A stretch of 64,000 bases of DNA from Longimicrobiales bacterium (GTDB lineage Bacteria; Gemmatimonadota; Gemmatimonadetes; Longimicrobiales; Gaopeijiaceae): the NCBI GenBank assembly GCA_965204735.1, contig OZ242008.1:1568001-1632000 (forward strand), read 5' to 3'. Both the position numbers and the translations under genes were made by a program. The stretch's first letter is position 1; each line of letters opens with the position of its first letter. Below, in pieces: positions 20,160 through 29,050 of the stretch. Under the pieces are notes generated by a model. The model was not told the DNA's origin. It did no database searches and saw only the letters and a list, made by a program, of their open reading frames with translations.

Positions 20160-20675
20160 CTACTGGATGCCGGCCACCCCCCACCTCGTCCGCAGATGGG
20201 TCCGCTCTTCCTCTTCGATGAGCGGAGAGTTCGCGAGCAGCTGGGCCCTGCTCAGCAGCCCGTGGGCCCGGTTGCCCCGGCCCTGGTTGCCCGCGACCCA
20301 GGCCGCGTCGGTGAAGGCGTTCGCCGCCACGATCACGTCGCCGCGGGCGAGCGCCAGCTGTCCGGCGCTCTCGAAGTCGCGAACCGCCCGCTGCTCGTCT
20401 CCCTCGTAGAAGGAGAGGCGCGCAGCCAGCAGGAGGTTCTCGACGGCCGCCGGGTCCGCCGGCGAGCGGAACTCGGCCGCGCGCCGCAGCAGCGAAGCGG
20501 CGCGGTCCCAGTTGCCCGGCTCCGCCAGGTAGCCCTGAGCCTTGGTCTCGAGGCGCACGGCCTCGTCGGTGTCGATCTCGTTGGCCTCGGTCTGGGCCGA
20601 GAGGCCGGGGGCGGCGGCGACCGCCGCCACGAGCACTGCCAGGGCGACGCGCGCCCCGTTGGTGAAGGTCTTCAT
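20160..20675 (-). CDS. Hypothetical secreted helical (TPR-like) protein
   Basis: AGGAG upstream of ATG; signal peptide MKTFTNGARVALAVLVAAVAAAPGLSA; Ala-rich helical repeats. Confidence 0.75.
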   Translation of the reverse strand: MKTFTNGARVALAVLVAAVAAAPGLSAQTEANEIDTDEAVRLETKAQGYLAEPGNWDRAASLLRRAAEFRSPADPAAVENLLLAARLSFYEGDEQRAVRDFESAGQLALARGDVIVAANAFTDAAWVAGNQGRGNRAHGLLSRAQLLANSPLIEEEERTHLRTRWGVAGIQ

Positions 20676-20833
20676 CTATGTGTTCTCCTGGATAGGATGG
20701 AGAGAATCGAGAGGGGAGCGTTCCCCCTCGTGCAAGGTGATACGCCGGAAGGCCGAAATGGTTTCATGCGGGCTCCGGGCGAGTGCTTCGGGCCGCCGAC
20801 CCGTCCCCGTGCGCGCCTGCCCGTCCCCCGCGC

Positions 20834-21994
20834 CTACCCGAAGAACGCCCGCAGCCGCTCCACGGCCCGCTCGAGCGTGGCGGTCCGCTTGCAGAAGGCA
20901 AAGCGCACCAAGCCGCGTCCGTCCTCGGGGCGGTCGAAGAAGCACGAGCCCGGAACCGGCGCCACCCCGCACTCCTTGGCCATCCATCGGCTGAAGGCCA
21001 CGTCGTCCATTGCGCTGTGGCCGGAGAACCCGGCCAGGACGTAGTACGCCCCTTGGGGCTTGGCGCACTCGAAGCCCGTCTCGGCCAGCCCTGCGTGGAG
21101 CACGTCCCGGCGCTCGGCGTACTCCCGCTTCATCCCCTCGTAGTACTCCGGTCCCAAGCCGTTAAGCCCGGCGGCGCAGGCCTCCTGCAACGGCGCGGGG
21201 GCGCCGACGGTGAGGAAGTCGTGCACCTTGCGAATCGCGGAGGTCAGGGCGGGCGGCGCCACGATCGTTCCGATCCTCCATCCCGTCACGCTGAAGGTCT
21301 TGGACAGCCCGGAGACGACCACGGTTCGGTCGCGCATCCCCGGCAACGTCGCAAGGGGAACGTGGCGGCCCTCGTAGAGGATGTGCTCGTAGATCTCGTC
21401 GGTCACCGCCAGCACGTCGTGCTCCCGGCACAGCCGCGCGACCGCCTCCAACTCCTCGCCGTCGAAGACTCGGCCCGTCGGGTTGTTGGGCGTGTTGACG
21501 ACGATCGCCCGCGTCCGCTCGGTCACCAAGCCCCGGAGGCGCTCCGGGTCCAGGCGGAAGTCGGGCGGCGCCAGGGTCAGGTGGACGGGCTTGGCGCCGC
21601 AGAGCACGGCGTCGGGACCGTAGTTCTCGTAGAAGGGCTCCAGCACGATCACCTCGTCGCCCGGATCGACGAGCGCCAGCATCACCGCCGCCATGCCCTC
21701 GGTGGCGCCGCAGGTGACCGTGATCTCCCGGTCCTCGTCCACCTCCATCCCGTACCACTCCCGATACTTGCGCGCCAGCGCGGCGCGGAGCGATGGAGTC
21801 CCCCAGGTGACCGCGTACTGGTTCACGTCCTCCTGGATCGCCCGGCAGGCGGCGTCCTTGAGGAGCTGCGGCGCGGGGAAGTCCGGGAAGCCCTGCGCCA
21901 AGTTGACCGCGCCGTGCTCGCGGGCGACCCGGGTCATGTCGCGGATGAGGGACTCGGTGAACGAGCGGGTGCGCCGTGCCGTGCGATGGCTCAT
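20834..21994 (-). CDS. PLP-dependent class I/II aminotransferase
   Basis: VNLAQGFPDF, TCGATE, NTPNNPTG, DEIYEH, SKTFSVTGWRIG; ATG at 21994. Confidence 0.95.
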   Translation of the reverse strand: MSHRTARRTRSFTESLIRDMTRVAREHGAVNLAQGFPDFPAPQLLKDAACRAIQEDVNQYAVTWGTPSLRAALARKYREWYGMEVDEDREITVTCGATEGMAAVMLALVDPGDEVIVLEPFYENYGPDAVLCGAKPVHLTLAPPDFRLDPERLRGLVTERTRAIVVNTPNNPTGRVFDGEELEAVARLCREHDVLAVTDEIYEHILYEGRHVPLATLPGMRDRTVVVSGLSKTFSVTGWRIGTIVAPPALTSAIRKVHDFLTVGAPAPLQEACAAGLNGLGPEYYEGMKREYAERRDVLHAGLAETGFECAKPQGAYYVLAGFSGHSAMDDVAFSRWMAKECGVAPVPGSCFFDRPEDGRGLVRFAFCKRTATLERAVERLRAFFG

Positions 21995-22096
21995 GGGTCG
22001 GGGCCGAGGGGAGGTGGAGATGCGAGGAGGGCGAGAGTCGGATCGTCGATCGACCGCGTTCGAGGGGCCGAGCCGCGCCCGCCCCAATTCCCAGGT

Positions 22097-22149
22097 CCGA
22101 TGTCCCACCTGAGCATGCCGACGTCCCATCTGAGCATAACGTATTGACA
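22097..22149 (+). promoter_or_regulatory. Tandem 20-bp direct repeat (21-bp period) next to a TTGACA box
   Basis: CCGATGTCCCACCTGAGCAT (22097-22116), CCGACGTCCCATCTGAGCAT (22118-22137), TTGACA at 22144-22149; -10 element weak. Confidence 0.5.
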
Positions 22150-22245
22150 GGCTCTCGCGGCGGAAACTCAATTGCCCCACCAAGGCCCGTCCGAAGCCTT
22201 TGGCGCGCCTTGGTCCGGAGCCCTCGCGACCAGAAGGAGGCACCC

Positions 22246-23703
22246 ATTTCCGCGTCGAGACCCACTTACCGCGAAGCCCTGGACCGTCTCGTCAGATGCG
22301 CTGTGGTTCATCAGGGCGCCGAGTCCCTTGCGGACTTGGCAGGCCTGAGCTTCGAGTCGCTGCTTCGCCAGTCGGGCCTTGAAGAGGTGGCCGGGGAGAT
22401 CAAGCTGACGCCCCCTCCTGTCGGGGCTCTCTTCGCCGAGGCCCTGAACGCCGTGGACGACCGCAGGCGCGTGGTGGCGCTCAAGCGGACCTACGCCCGC
22501 GACCCGGAGAAGCTGGAGGAGCTGGGCCGCGAGTTCGGCGTGAGCCGGGAGCGGGCCCGGCAGTTGGAAGTGGGACTCCGCCATATGCTGAAGGAAGAGA
22601 TCGGAGACGCGATGGCGGCGGCGGCCCGATGGCTGCGGCGCTCCGTCGGTTCCGCGGCGGAGACGGAGGAGTTCGACGACGCGATCGCGATGCTCGTGGG
22701 CGACGCGCCCGAGGAGGTCCGTTCCGCCGCCGAGGTCGCCGTGATGCAGGTCGCCGACTACCACCGCCTCGAGTCGGGCGTGGGCGACACCGAGTTTCGC
22801 GAGCTGGTGGACCGCGTCCAGAACATGACGGCCCGCTTCGCCAACGCGGCCGGGGTGGTGGACGAGGAGCAGCTGATGGAGGCGGTGGGCGGAGCGCCGC
22901 GGTGGGAGTTGGTCGTGCGCAACGCCGGGCTGGCGCGCATCGGCGAGTACTTGGCCGTTCGCGACACCCGGCGAGCCAGGGTCTTCGTGGCCCTGGAGAA
23001 GCTGGGCGAGCCCGTCACGAGGCCCTGCTTGGCGAAGGCCGCCGGGCTGGCGGACAACACGACGCTGTCGAGCCTGCTCTCGTCGGATCGGCTCTTCGTG
23101 CGCCTCACCAAGGACAAGTGGGGGCTCCGGGAGTGGACCGACAACCCTTACGAAGGCGTGGTCGCCGAGATCGTGAAGCGCATTGCGAGGGCCGGGGGCG
23201 AGATCGCCGTCGAGGAGCTCCTGGAGGAGATTCCGATGCAGTTCGACGTGTTGCCGGCCACCGTCAGGAACTACCTGGGCACCCGGAAGTTCCAGACCCG
23301 CGACGGCATGGTGCGGGTGGTGCCCTCGCCCGACGCCCCCTCCCAGCCGCTTTCGAAGGCGCGGGACGTGGTGTGGACCCCCGACGGCGAGCCGGCGATC
23401 CATCTCGTGGTCGGCGCCCACCACTTGAAGGGCAACAGCCAGAAGGTGTCGATGGCCGTGGCCCAGCGCTTCGGCGTCGGCCCGGACGGCTCCGCCAAGA
23501 TCCCCTTCGCCGACCCCGCCGGCGTGGACGACGCCTCCTTGATCTGGCGCTCCTACGACCCCAACGGCCCGGAGATGGGCCGCCTCCGGGAGGCCATGAA
23601 GGCCGTCGGCGCCGGCCCCGGCGACCTGGTCACGGTGATCCTCCGCACCGACGGATTGCGAATGGCGCTGGGGGACGCGGGGGCGGTGGGGCGCGACCAC
23701 TAA
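22246..23703 (+). CDS. Sigma70 region-4-like HTH protein with winged-HTH (HARE-HTH / RNAP delta-like) segments
   Basis: KLEELGREFGVSRERARQLE matches the sigma4 HTH pattern; FVRLTKDKWGLREW resembles the HARE-HTH wing. Start inferred at in-frame ATT after AAGGAGG. Confidence 0.7.
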   Translation: MSASRPTYREALDRLVRCAVVHQGAESLADLAGLSFESLLRQSGLEEVAGEIKLTPPPVGALFAEALNAVDDRRRVVALKRTYARDPEKLEELGREFGVSRERARQLEVGLRHMLKEEIGDAMAAAARWLRRSVGSAAETEEFDDAIAMLVGDAPEEVRSAAEVAVMQVADYHRLESGVGDTEFRELVDRVQNMTARFANAAGVVDEEQLMEAVGGAPRWELVVRNAGLARIGEYLAVRDTRRARVFVALEKLGEPVTRPCLAKAAGLADNTTLSSLLSSDRLFVRLTKDKWGLREWTDNPYEGVVAEIVKRIARAGGEIAVEELLEEIPMQFDVLPATVRNYLGTRKFQTRDGMVRVVPSPDAPSQPLSKARDVVWTPDGEPAIHLVVGAHHLKGNSQKVSMAVAQRFGVGPDGSAKIPFADPAGVDDASLIWRSYDPNGPEMGRLREAMKAVGAGPGDLVTVILRTDGLRMALGDAGAVGRDH

Positions 23704-23743
23704 AGTCCATGTCGCTTGGGTTCGCCGCTTGGCGTCTCCCTCT

Positions 23744-23962
23744 TCAGCGTGGCAGCGGACGGATGCCGACGAACTCCTTGGGCTTGTCGTCGTCGAACTG
23801 CGGGCAGTCCAACAAGAACACCGAGCTCGAGCCCGTGGCTTCAAACCCGTAGCCACGTACGAGCTGCGGGTCCAACCACTGACCACAAGACCTGCCGGTT
23901 ATCACTACCCGCCTGTCCTTCGGATACCTGTCCAGTTCCTTGATCAGCTCGCGAACCGTCAT
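23744..23962 (-). CDS. Small hypothetical protein, phage-like N-terminus
   Basis: MTVRELIKELDRYPKDRRVVI; purine-rich GAAAGAAGAGAG upstream of ATG 23962. Confidence 0.6.
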   Translation of the reverse strand: MTVRELIKELDRYPKDRRVVITGRSCGQWLDPQLVRGYGFEATGSSSVFLLDCPQFDDDKPKEFVGIRPLPR

Positions 23963-24086
23963 GATCTCTCTTCTTTCCGGGGGGTGTTGGGAGCCCAACG
24001 ACTCCGCGCTCGCTACCCTGCGGCAACAGGTGTTGATTGATACTGTCGACTAATCTGGCTTGCTGGCAAGATACTCCAGGGGCGTG

Positions 24087-25025
24087 TCAGGCAGCAGTCC
24101 TCGGCGGAGCGCGAAAGACCTCGCGCCAATGCCATTCGACGAACACCGGGGACGGCGCACGGCCCTGCGTGAGCGGTCGGCGAAGCGGCTTTCCGTGCAG
24201 GTCGACCAGCAAGTTGGCCGACCGACTCGTGCCGCCGACGTGAAGAGAGACGAGCACGTGCGTGTTCCCGTCAGAGTGTTCCAACCCGAGCGCCCCGCGG
24301 TCCAGCGCCTTGTGATGAAGGACGCAGAGCGCGAGCCCGTTTGCCACTTCGTCCGGGCCGGCATGGGAATGCCACTTGATGTGGGCCGCCTCCAAGCCGA
24401 AGACCTGCTCGTTCAGCCGAATGTCGTGGCCGCAGATCGCGCATCGTCGCCCGTACTCCCGCAACACCCGCTCCCTGAAAGTTCCGTCGCGGGATTCTCG
24501 AACCCTCTGAGCCTGTCGAGACCACGGAATGTGGTCAGTTCGCAGAAAGCCCCACTCCCGCGGGAGTCCCACGGCATCCAAGATGTCGTCGTGCAGCGAT
24601 GGCGGGAAGTGAGTGGCCAGCAGTCCTTGAGCGACGTTCGCCACGAGGCGGGGATCAGACTGAAGGACCGCGTGGATTCCTTCGGGGAAGCCCCCGCGGA
24701 CGCCACGCTCCCTCATCTCCTTGGACTTCAGGTCTCCGCTTGCGGTGATGGACAGCTTCGAGTCGCCCGGTATGTCCCAGAGGCCGTCCGCACGCAGTCT
24801 GCCGAAGGGGAACTCCGGGTGCGTCGCAACACGTGGCGGGCCGAACTCCCGCAGTAGCTTGGCCAACCGTTCGTCAACATCGGCGTAGGAGACGAGCCTT
24901 TCGCGGCCGTCCGCAACGCGCCCCAGGGCCAGTAGGAGAAGGAGCGGCTTGTGGGGCGCCCGCGTGCCACGCCACTTCCCCGTCCTGATGTTGGAGACGA
25001 GATGGAGGACTTGGTCGCGAGTCAT
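24087..25025 (-). CDS. HNH endonuclease with N-terminal sulfur-binding-like domain (putative phosphorothioate-dependent type IV restriction enzyme)
   Basis: RAPHKPLLLLLALG and FPFGRLRADGLW in the N-terminus; CAICG...EAAHIKWH...NGLALCVLHHKALD HNH core. Confidence 0.85.
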   Translation of the reverse strand: MTRDQVLHLVSNIRTGKWRGTRAPHKPLLLLLALGRVADGRERLVSYADVDERLAKLLREFGPPRVATHPEFPFGRLRADGLWDIPGDSKLSITASGDLKSKEMRERGVRGGFPEGIHAVLQSDPRLVANVAQGLLATHFPPSLHDDILDAVGLPREWGFLRTDHIPWSRQAQRVRESRDGTFRERVLREYGRRCAICGHDIRLNEQVFGLEAAHIKWHSHAGPDEVANGLALCVLHHKALDRGALGLEHSDGNTHVLVSLHVGGTSRSANLLVDLHGKPLRRPLTQGRAPSPVFVEWHWREVFRAPPRTAA

Positions 25026-25410
25026 TTGGCCAACACGAGGGAAAAGGAGGCGGGAGAATACCCGACCAATACTACGCCGTCTCCCGCACTATAGCAAGCG
25101 TTGCGGCTCCTGAACAAGGAGGGCGCTACCGCGACTGTTGTTCGGCATGTTGGTTGCTGCCCAACCGAACCTGCCGTTGCCACAGCGATGCCCTGTGTGT
25201 TTGCCCAGGAAACGCGAGATCAATCGGCATCCCGCCCGCCACTCACATATTGGCTGGGTTGATGAACAATGCAAGTACGCACTGCGCGAACTGTGTGCGC
25301 GCGGCACCGAGTCGCCGCAACACGAAGTCCTGGCAAAGCGGGGCTCACGTCGCCATACTCCAGTCGTAGGTAGGTAGGTAATCCGCGCACTCCAAAACGA
25401 GGAGCCAGGA

Positions 25411-25701
25411 ATGACGAATGACCTGTACGTGGCCGTCTACCGAGCGATCCCGGTACCAAAGCTGTCCGAGGATCCCGACTTTCGCGAGACCCGAGAGTGG
25501 TTGGACGAGAGAGTCGGGACGATGTGGGAGGTCATCCACCACCCCGAGGCCGGGTGGGTTGGAGCGGTCGACGAAACCGGCGAGACACGCTTCGTCGCTC
25601 GATCGGGCGAATGGATCATTGTGGCGCCCACCGGACGAATCGAGGTGAGAAACGAGAACTACGTGCGGGGCTACCTGTCCGCGGTCCGGCACGAATACTA
25701 G
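25411..25701 (+). CDS. Small hypothetical protein
   Basis: GAGGAG and AGGA upstream of ATG; 96 aa with globular composition. Confidence 0.65.
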   Translation: MTNDLYVAVYRAIPVPKLSEDPDFRETREWLDERVGTMWEVIHHPEAGWVGAVDETGETRFVARSGEWIIVAPTGRIEVRNENYVRGYLSAVRHEY

Positions 25702-25790
25702 CGAGCGGCGGCTTATTGGCCAAGCTCAGCGCGGCGCGGGCAAGAGACATGCGGCGGCAAGCATGACCAAGCAGCGCTCGTGCCCCGTCG

Positions 25791-27838
25791 GGGCCTTGAC
25801 AGCGGTGCGACATTCACGCCCTTGGTCACTACCGGAGGACCTGGAGGTCCCACGCGTTTCAGAGTGGAGGCAAGCTGAAGTGACAACAGCAGACTTTGAG
25901 CGGGCACTGAGGAGTTTCGTCGACGACGCCTCGGAGCTGAATGTCCCCGATGGGAGAATTCGGGTGGAGATCCGCAATGAAGTCGTCGAGGCCAACCTGG
26001 ACAACTCGTCAGGGCTCCCGCACGTGATCGAGGATGGGGACTGTGTTCCTGCGGCAAGATGGCTCACAAGGCGCGTCGTGCGTCTCCAGCTGCTTGCCGA
26101 CCGGATTCTCTCCCATGTGGAGGCCGAACCGCTTTTCGTAGACCCTTCGGGCAGGATGTTGGACCGGAGCGGGAGTGTGCCTACGGGTGAGGAGCAGCAG
26201 ATCGACCGCGTCAGCGAGATGCTGTTGCGGTCATTGAAAGGAAGCGACGAGGCCACGACCGTGCACTATCTTACGTCCGGGCCCGGCGGTGGCATGACCA
26301 CATTGATCAACATGACGGCCCGACGCCAAGCTCTGAAGTTCAAGCGGAAGGAAGCCGACTGGTTGCTGTTGCCCATCAGCCTCCGGAAACGGTCTTTTCT
26401 GAACTTCGACGAGATCGTGCTGGTGGAGTTGGCCAATAGACTTCATTTTCACTTGCCGTACTACGACGCCGTCATCGAGCTCACGAAGATGGGCGTGGTG
26501 GTTCCCGCGCTCGACGGATTCGAGGACATGTTGATCGGACGGTCCGTAGGTGGGGCGACATCGGCCCTGGGCCACCTGATTCACGATCTGGATTCACGCG
26601 GCTCACTCTTGGTTGCAGCGCGGAAGGCCCACTTCGAGTATTCCGACTTGGAGACACAGGCGAAGCTGGTGCAACCCCTCTCCGAGCACAGGGTCAAGTA
26701 CGTGCGCACCGAAATCAGCCCGTGGAGTCGTCGGCAGTTCGTGGACTACGCACAGAGGCGGGGGCTGCATGACGGCAGGCCAATCCACGCCGGGGTCGAG
26801 GGCTGCGTGGGCGCTGATCATCCCTTGCTGACGCGACCGGTCATGGTGAGCCGGGTGCTCGACGCTGCCGGGAACGGGCTGTTGGACGGCCTGCTGACGA
26901 AGTGGCGCGACGACCCGGGTGACTACTTTCGACACATCGTGCACTCCATCGTCGCACGGGGGGCGTGGGCGGGGTCGATGTTCACTGTGGATGAGCATCA
27001 CCGATTGCTGGCGAGCATCGCGAAGGAGATGTGGCTGACCTCCACCAATCTGTTTCGTCGCGACTACCTGGAGTCCATCGCCCAGGAGTTCGCGCTCGGA
27101 TGCGGCAAGAATTGGGATGCCATCCGCCAGCTTCGAACGGAAATCACGCAACACCCCCTGATTGCCGCGCAGGGGCAACGTTATGCATTCGTCCATGACG
27201 ACTTCAGGAGACACTACTTGGGCGAGGCGCTCGGGCCTGTCCTTGTGTCGCCGTCCGACGGGCGGGAAGGCCTTGTCGAGTTCATGCACAAGGGCGTGCT
27301 GTCGAGTCGCGCAGCGGACTCGGCGGTGGATGCGGCGAAGCGGCAGGGCGTCGACATGCGGAGCGTTCTGGGGCTACTGCAAGGACTTGCGGTCTGCGCC
27401 CCCCGAATGTCGTACACCTTGGAGAACGCGGGGGCGTTGGCGCTGCGATGCCTGGAGTTGATCTACGACCAAGCTGTGGTCGAGTTGTCGAGTTTCGTAT
27501 TTCCAGAAGATGGACTTATGGGGCGCCGGCTCGAAGCGGTGTCGTTCAGAGAGTGTCGGTTTCACGGCACTTCGCTCAGAGGTGCGCAGATCGGCGGGTG
27601 TCGATTCACGGACTGTACGATGCTCGGCCTGGAGTGGCCTAGAGGGTTCGTCGCGAACGGTGCGGTGATTCGGGGCGGAAGCGTGGCAAGCGTCGTCGTT
27701 GCGGGAGGTGACGGCGTTCGCGTGCCGGCAGATGTCGCCGAGTTGCTTGCGCATGCAGGATTTCGGGTGGAAGCACCGGCTGACAAGATGGGCTCGCCGG
27801 CCGAACGGCCCGGTGGACATCAAGGGCCTTGACAGCGG
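25791..27838. repeat. 15-bp perfect direct repeats bracketing the NTPase gene
   Basis: GGGCCTTGACAGCGG at 25791-25805 and 27824-27838, each followed by YGCG. Confidence 0.75.
25880..27832 (+). CDS. NACHT/STAND-like P-loop NTPase with C-terminal pentapeptide-like repeats; Walker A Lys replaced by Met
   Basis: GGAGG then GTG at 25880; YLTSGPGGGMTT (Walker A-like), VVPALDGFED (Walker B), LLTRPV, YAFVHDDFRRHY, FRECRFHGTSLRGAQIGGCRFTDC. Confidence 0.75.
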   Translation: MTTADFERALRSFVDDASELNVPDGRIRVEIRNEVVEANLDNSSGLPHVIEDGDCVPAARWLTRRVVRLQLLADRILSHVEAEPLFVDPSGRMLDRSGSVPTGEEQQIDRVSEMLLRSLKGSDEATTVHYLTSGPGGGMTTLINMTARRQALKFKRKEADWLLLPISLRKRSFLNFDEIVLVELANRLHFHLPYYDAVIELTKMGVVVPALDGFEDMLIGRSVGGATSALGHLIHDLDSRGSLLVAARKAHFEYSDLETQAKLVQPLSEHRVKYVRTEISPWSRRQFVDYAQRRGLHDGRPIHAGVEGCVGADHPLLTRPVMVSRVLDAAGNGLLDGLLTKWRDDPGDYFRHIVHSIVARGAWAGSMFTVDEHHRLLASIAKEMWLTSTNLFRRDYLESIAQEFALGCGKNWDAIRQLRTEITQHPLIAAQGQRYAFVHDDFRRHYLGEALGPVLVSPSDGREGLVEFMHKGVLSSRAADSAVDAAKRQGVDMRSVLGLLQGLAVCAPRMSYTLENAGALALRCLELIYDQAVVELSSFVFPEDGLMGRRLEAVSFRECRFHGTSLRGAQIGGCRFTDCTMLGLEWPRGFVANGAVIRGGSVASVVVAGGDGVRVPADVAELLAHAGFRVEAPADKMGSPAERPGGHQGP

Positions 27839-27892
27839 CGCGGTGCTTCGAGGTCCATAGCATCTGCCGGAGGCAGTGGAGGACGAGCGGGG

Positions 27893-27921
27893 TTGACTTC
27901 CCGAGTCGCTCCGCTTAAGCT
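27893..27921 (+). promoter_or_regulatory. Putative sigma70 promoter of the DUF262 pair
   Basis: TTGACT-N17-TAAGCT. Confidence 0.55.
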
Positions 27922-27964
27922 GTCTCCAACGTCGCCTGCCTGTCCCGTGATCATGGACTGCGCC

Positions 27965-29050
27965 ATGCTACAAGCTACAGACGTGCCAGATGTTCTGCCG
28001 CCGGATGTGGACGATCCCCGCGATGACGACGAGGAACTTGGAGACACCCTTCGCTACGCGATCACAAGCTACGGGGCGGACATGCTTGTTGACGGCATGG
28101 TTCGACGTTTGAGTAATGGAGACATCTTCGTACCCAGCTTCCAGCGCAACTACGTGTGGAGTCAGAGACAGGCGTCCAGGTTCCTGGAGTCTTTGCTCCT
28201 TGGCCTGCCGGTACCGGGCATCTTCCTGTTCAGGGAACCTCACAGCAGGAAGCTCATGGTCGTTGACGGCCAACAAAGGCTGGCTACGCTGCAGAGATTC
28301 TATGCCGGGGTATTCAATGGCAAGAAGTTCGTTCTCACGGGCGTCTCCGAGGAGCTGTCCGGTCTGGGCTACAATGGCCTCAATGCCAATTACAGGCGCG
28401 AACTCGACGATGCCATCATTCACGCAACAATTTTTGAGCAGCTTGAGCCGGACGATGATCGGAGCTCGGTGTATTCCGTGTTCGAAAGGCTAAACACAGG
28501 CGGGAGCCAGCTTCACCCCCAGGAGATCAGGGCTTGTGTATACCACGGCAGGCTCAACGACTTGTTGTCCAAGCTGGCTGGGGAGGAGTCGTGGAAGGTG
28601 TTGTATCGGTCCAGAAACGACAGAAAGAAGGACGAAGAGATCATACTCAGGTTTCTGGCGCTGCTTTATTCCATGGATTCTTACGAACGCCCCATGAAGC
28701 AGTTCTTGAATGACTTCATGGAGAAGCACATGAACCTGGACGACGAACGGTACAGGGCGTTCGCCGACAGCTTCAGGATGGTGACGAGCACGATCGCAGA
28801 ATATCTCGGGCCGGAAGCACTTAGGCCCCAGAGGAACCTCAATGTCTCGGTTGCCGATGCCGTGATGGTGGGACTAGCACGGCGTCTCCGTCGGGGACCG
28901 ATTTCGGACAAGGAGGCGCTTGTGGAGGCGCACATAGAGCTCATGCGGCGACTTGAAGAGGAAGAGCTGTACAAGTCGGGAACCACGAACAAGGACCGTG
29001 TACATAGGCGAATTCAGATCGCCGTCGCGACGTATGGAGGTGTCGCATGA
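27965..29050 (+). CDS. DUF262 (ParB/Srx-like, GmrS/SspE N-terminal type) domain protein
   Basis: PSFQRNYVWS, ESLLLGLPVP, VVDGQQRL, FERLNTGG; alternative ATG at 27953. Confidence 0.9.
   Translation: MLQATDVPDVLPPDVDDPRDDDEELGDTLRYAITSYGADMLVDGMVRRLSNGDIFVPSFQRNYVWSQRQASRFLESLLLGLPVPGIFLFREPHSRKLMVVDGQQRLATLQRFYAGVFNGKKFVLTGVSEELSGLGYNGLNANYRRELDDAIIHATIFEQLEPDDDRSSVYSVFERLNTGGSQLHPQEIRACVYHGRLNDLLSKLAGEESWKVLYRSRNDRKKDEEIILRFLALLYSMDSYERPMKQFLNDFMEKHMNLDDERYRAFADSFRMVTSTIAEYLGPEALRPQRNLNVSVADAVMVGLARRLRRGPISDKEALVEAHIELMRRLEEEELYKSGTTNKDRVHRRIQIAVATYGGVA

Noticed and set aside
25089..25377. Short Cys-rich ORFs between the HNH gene and the 96-aa gene
   Set aside because: Several overlapping frames, no clear RBS or motif; probably intergenic.
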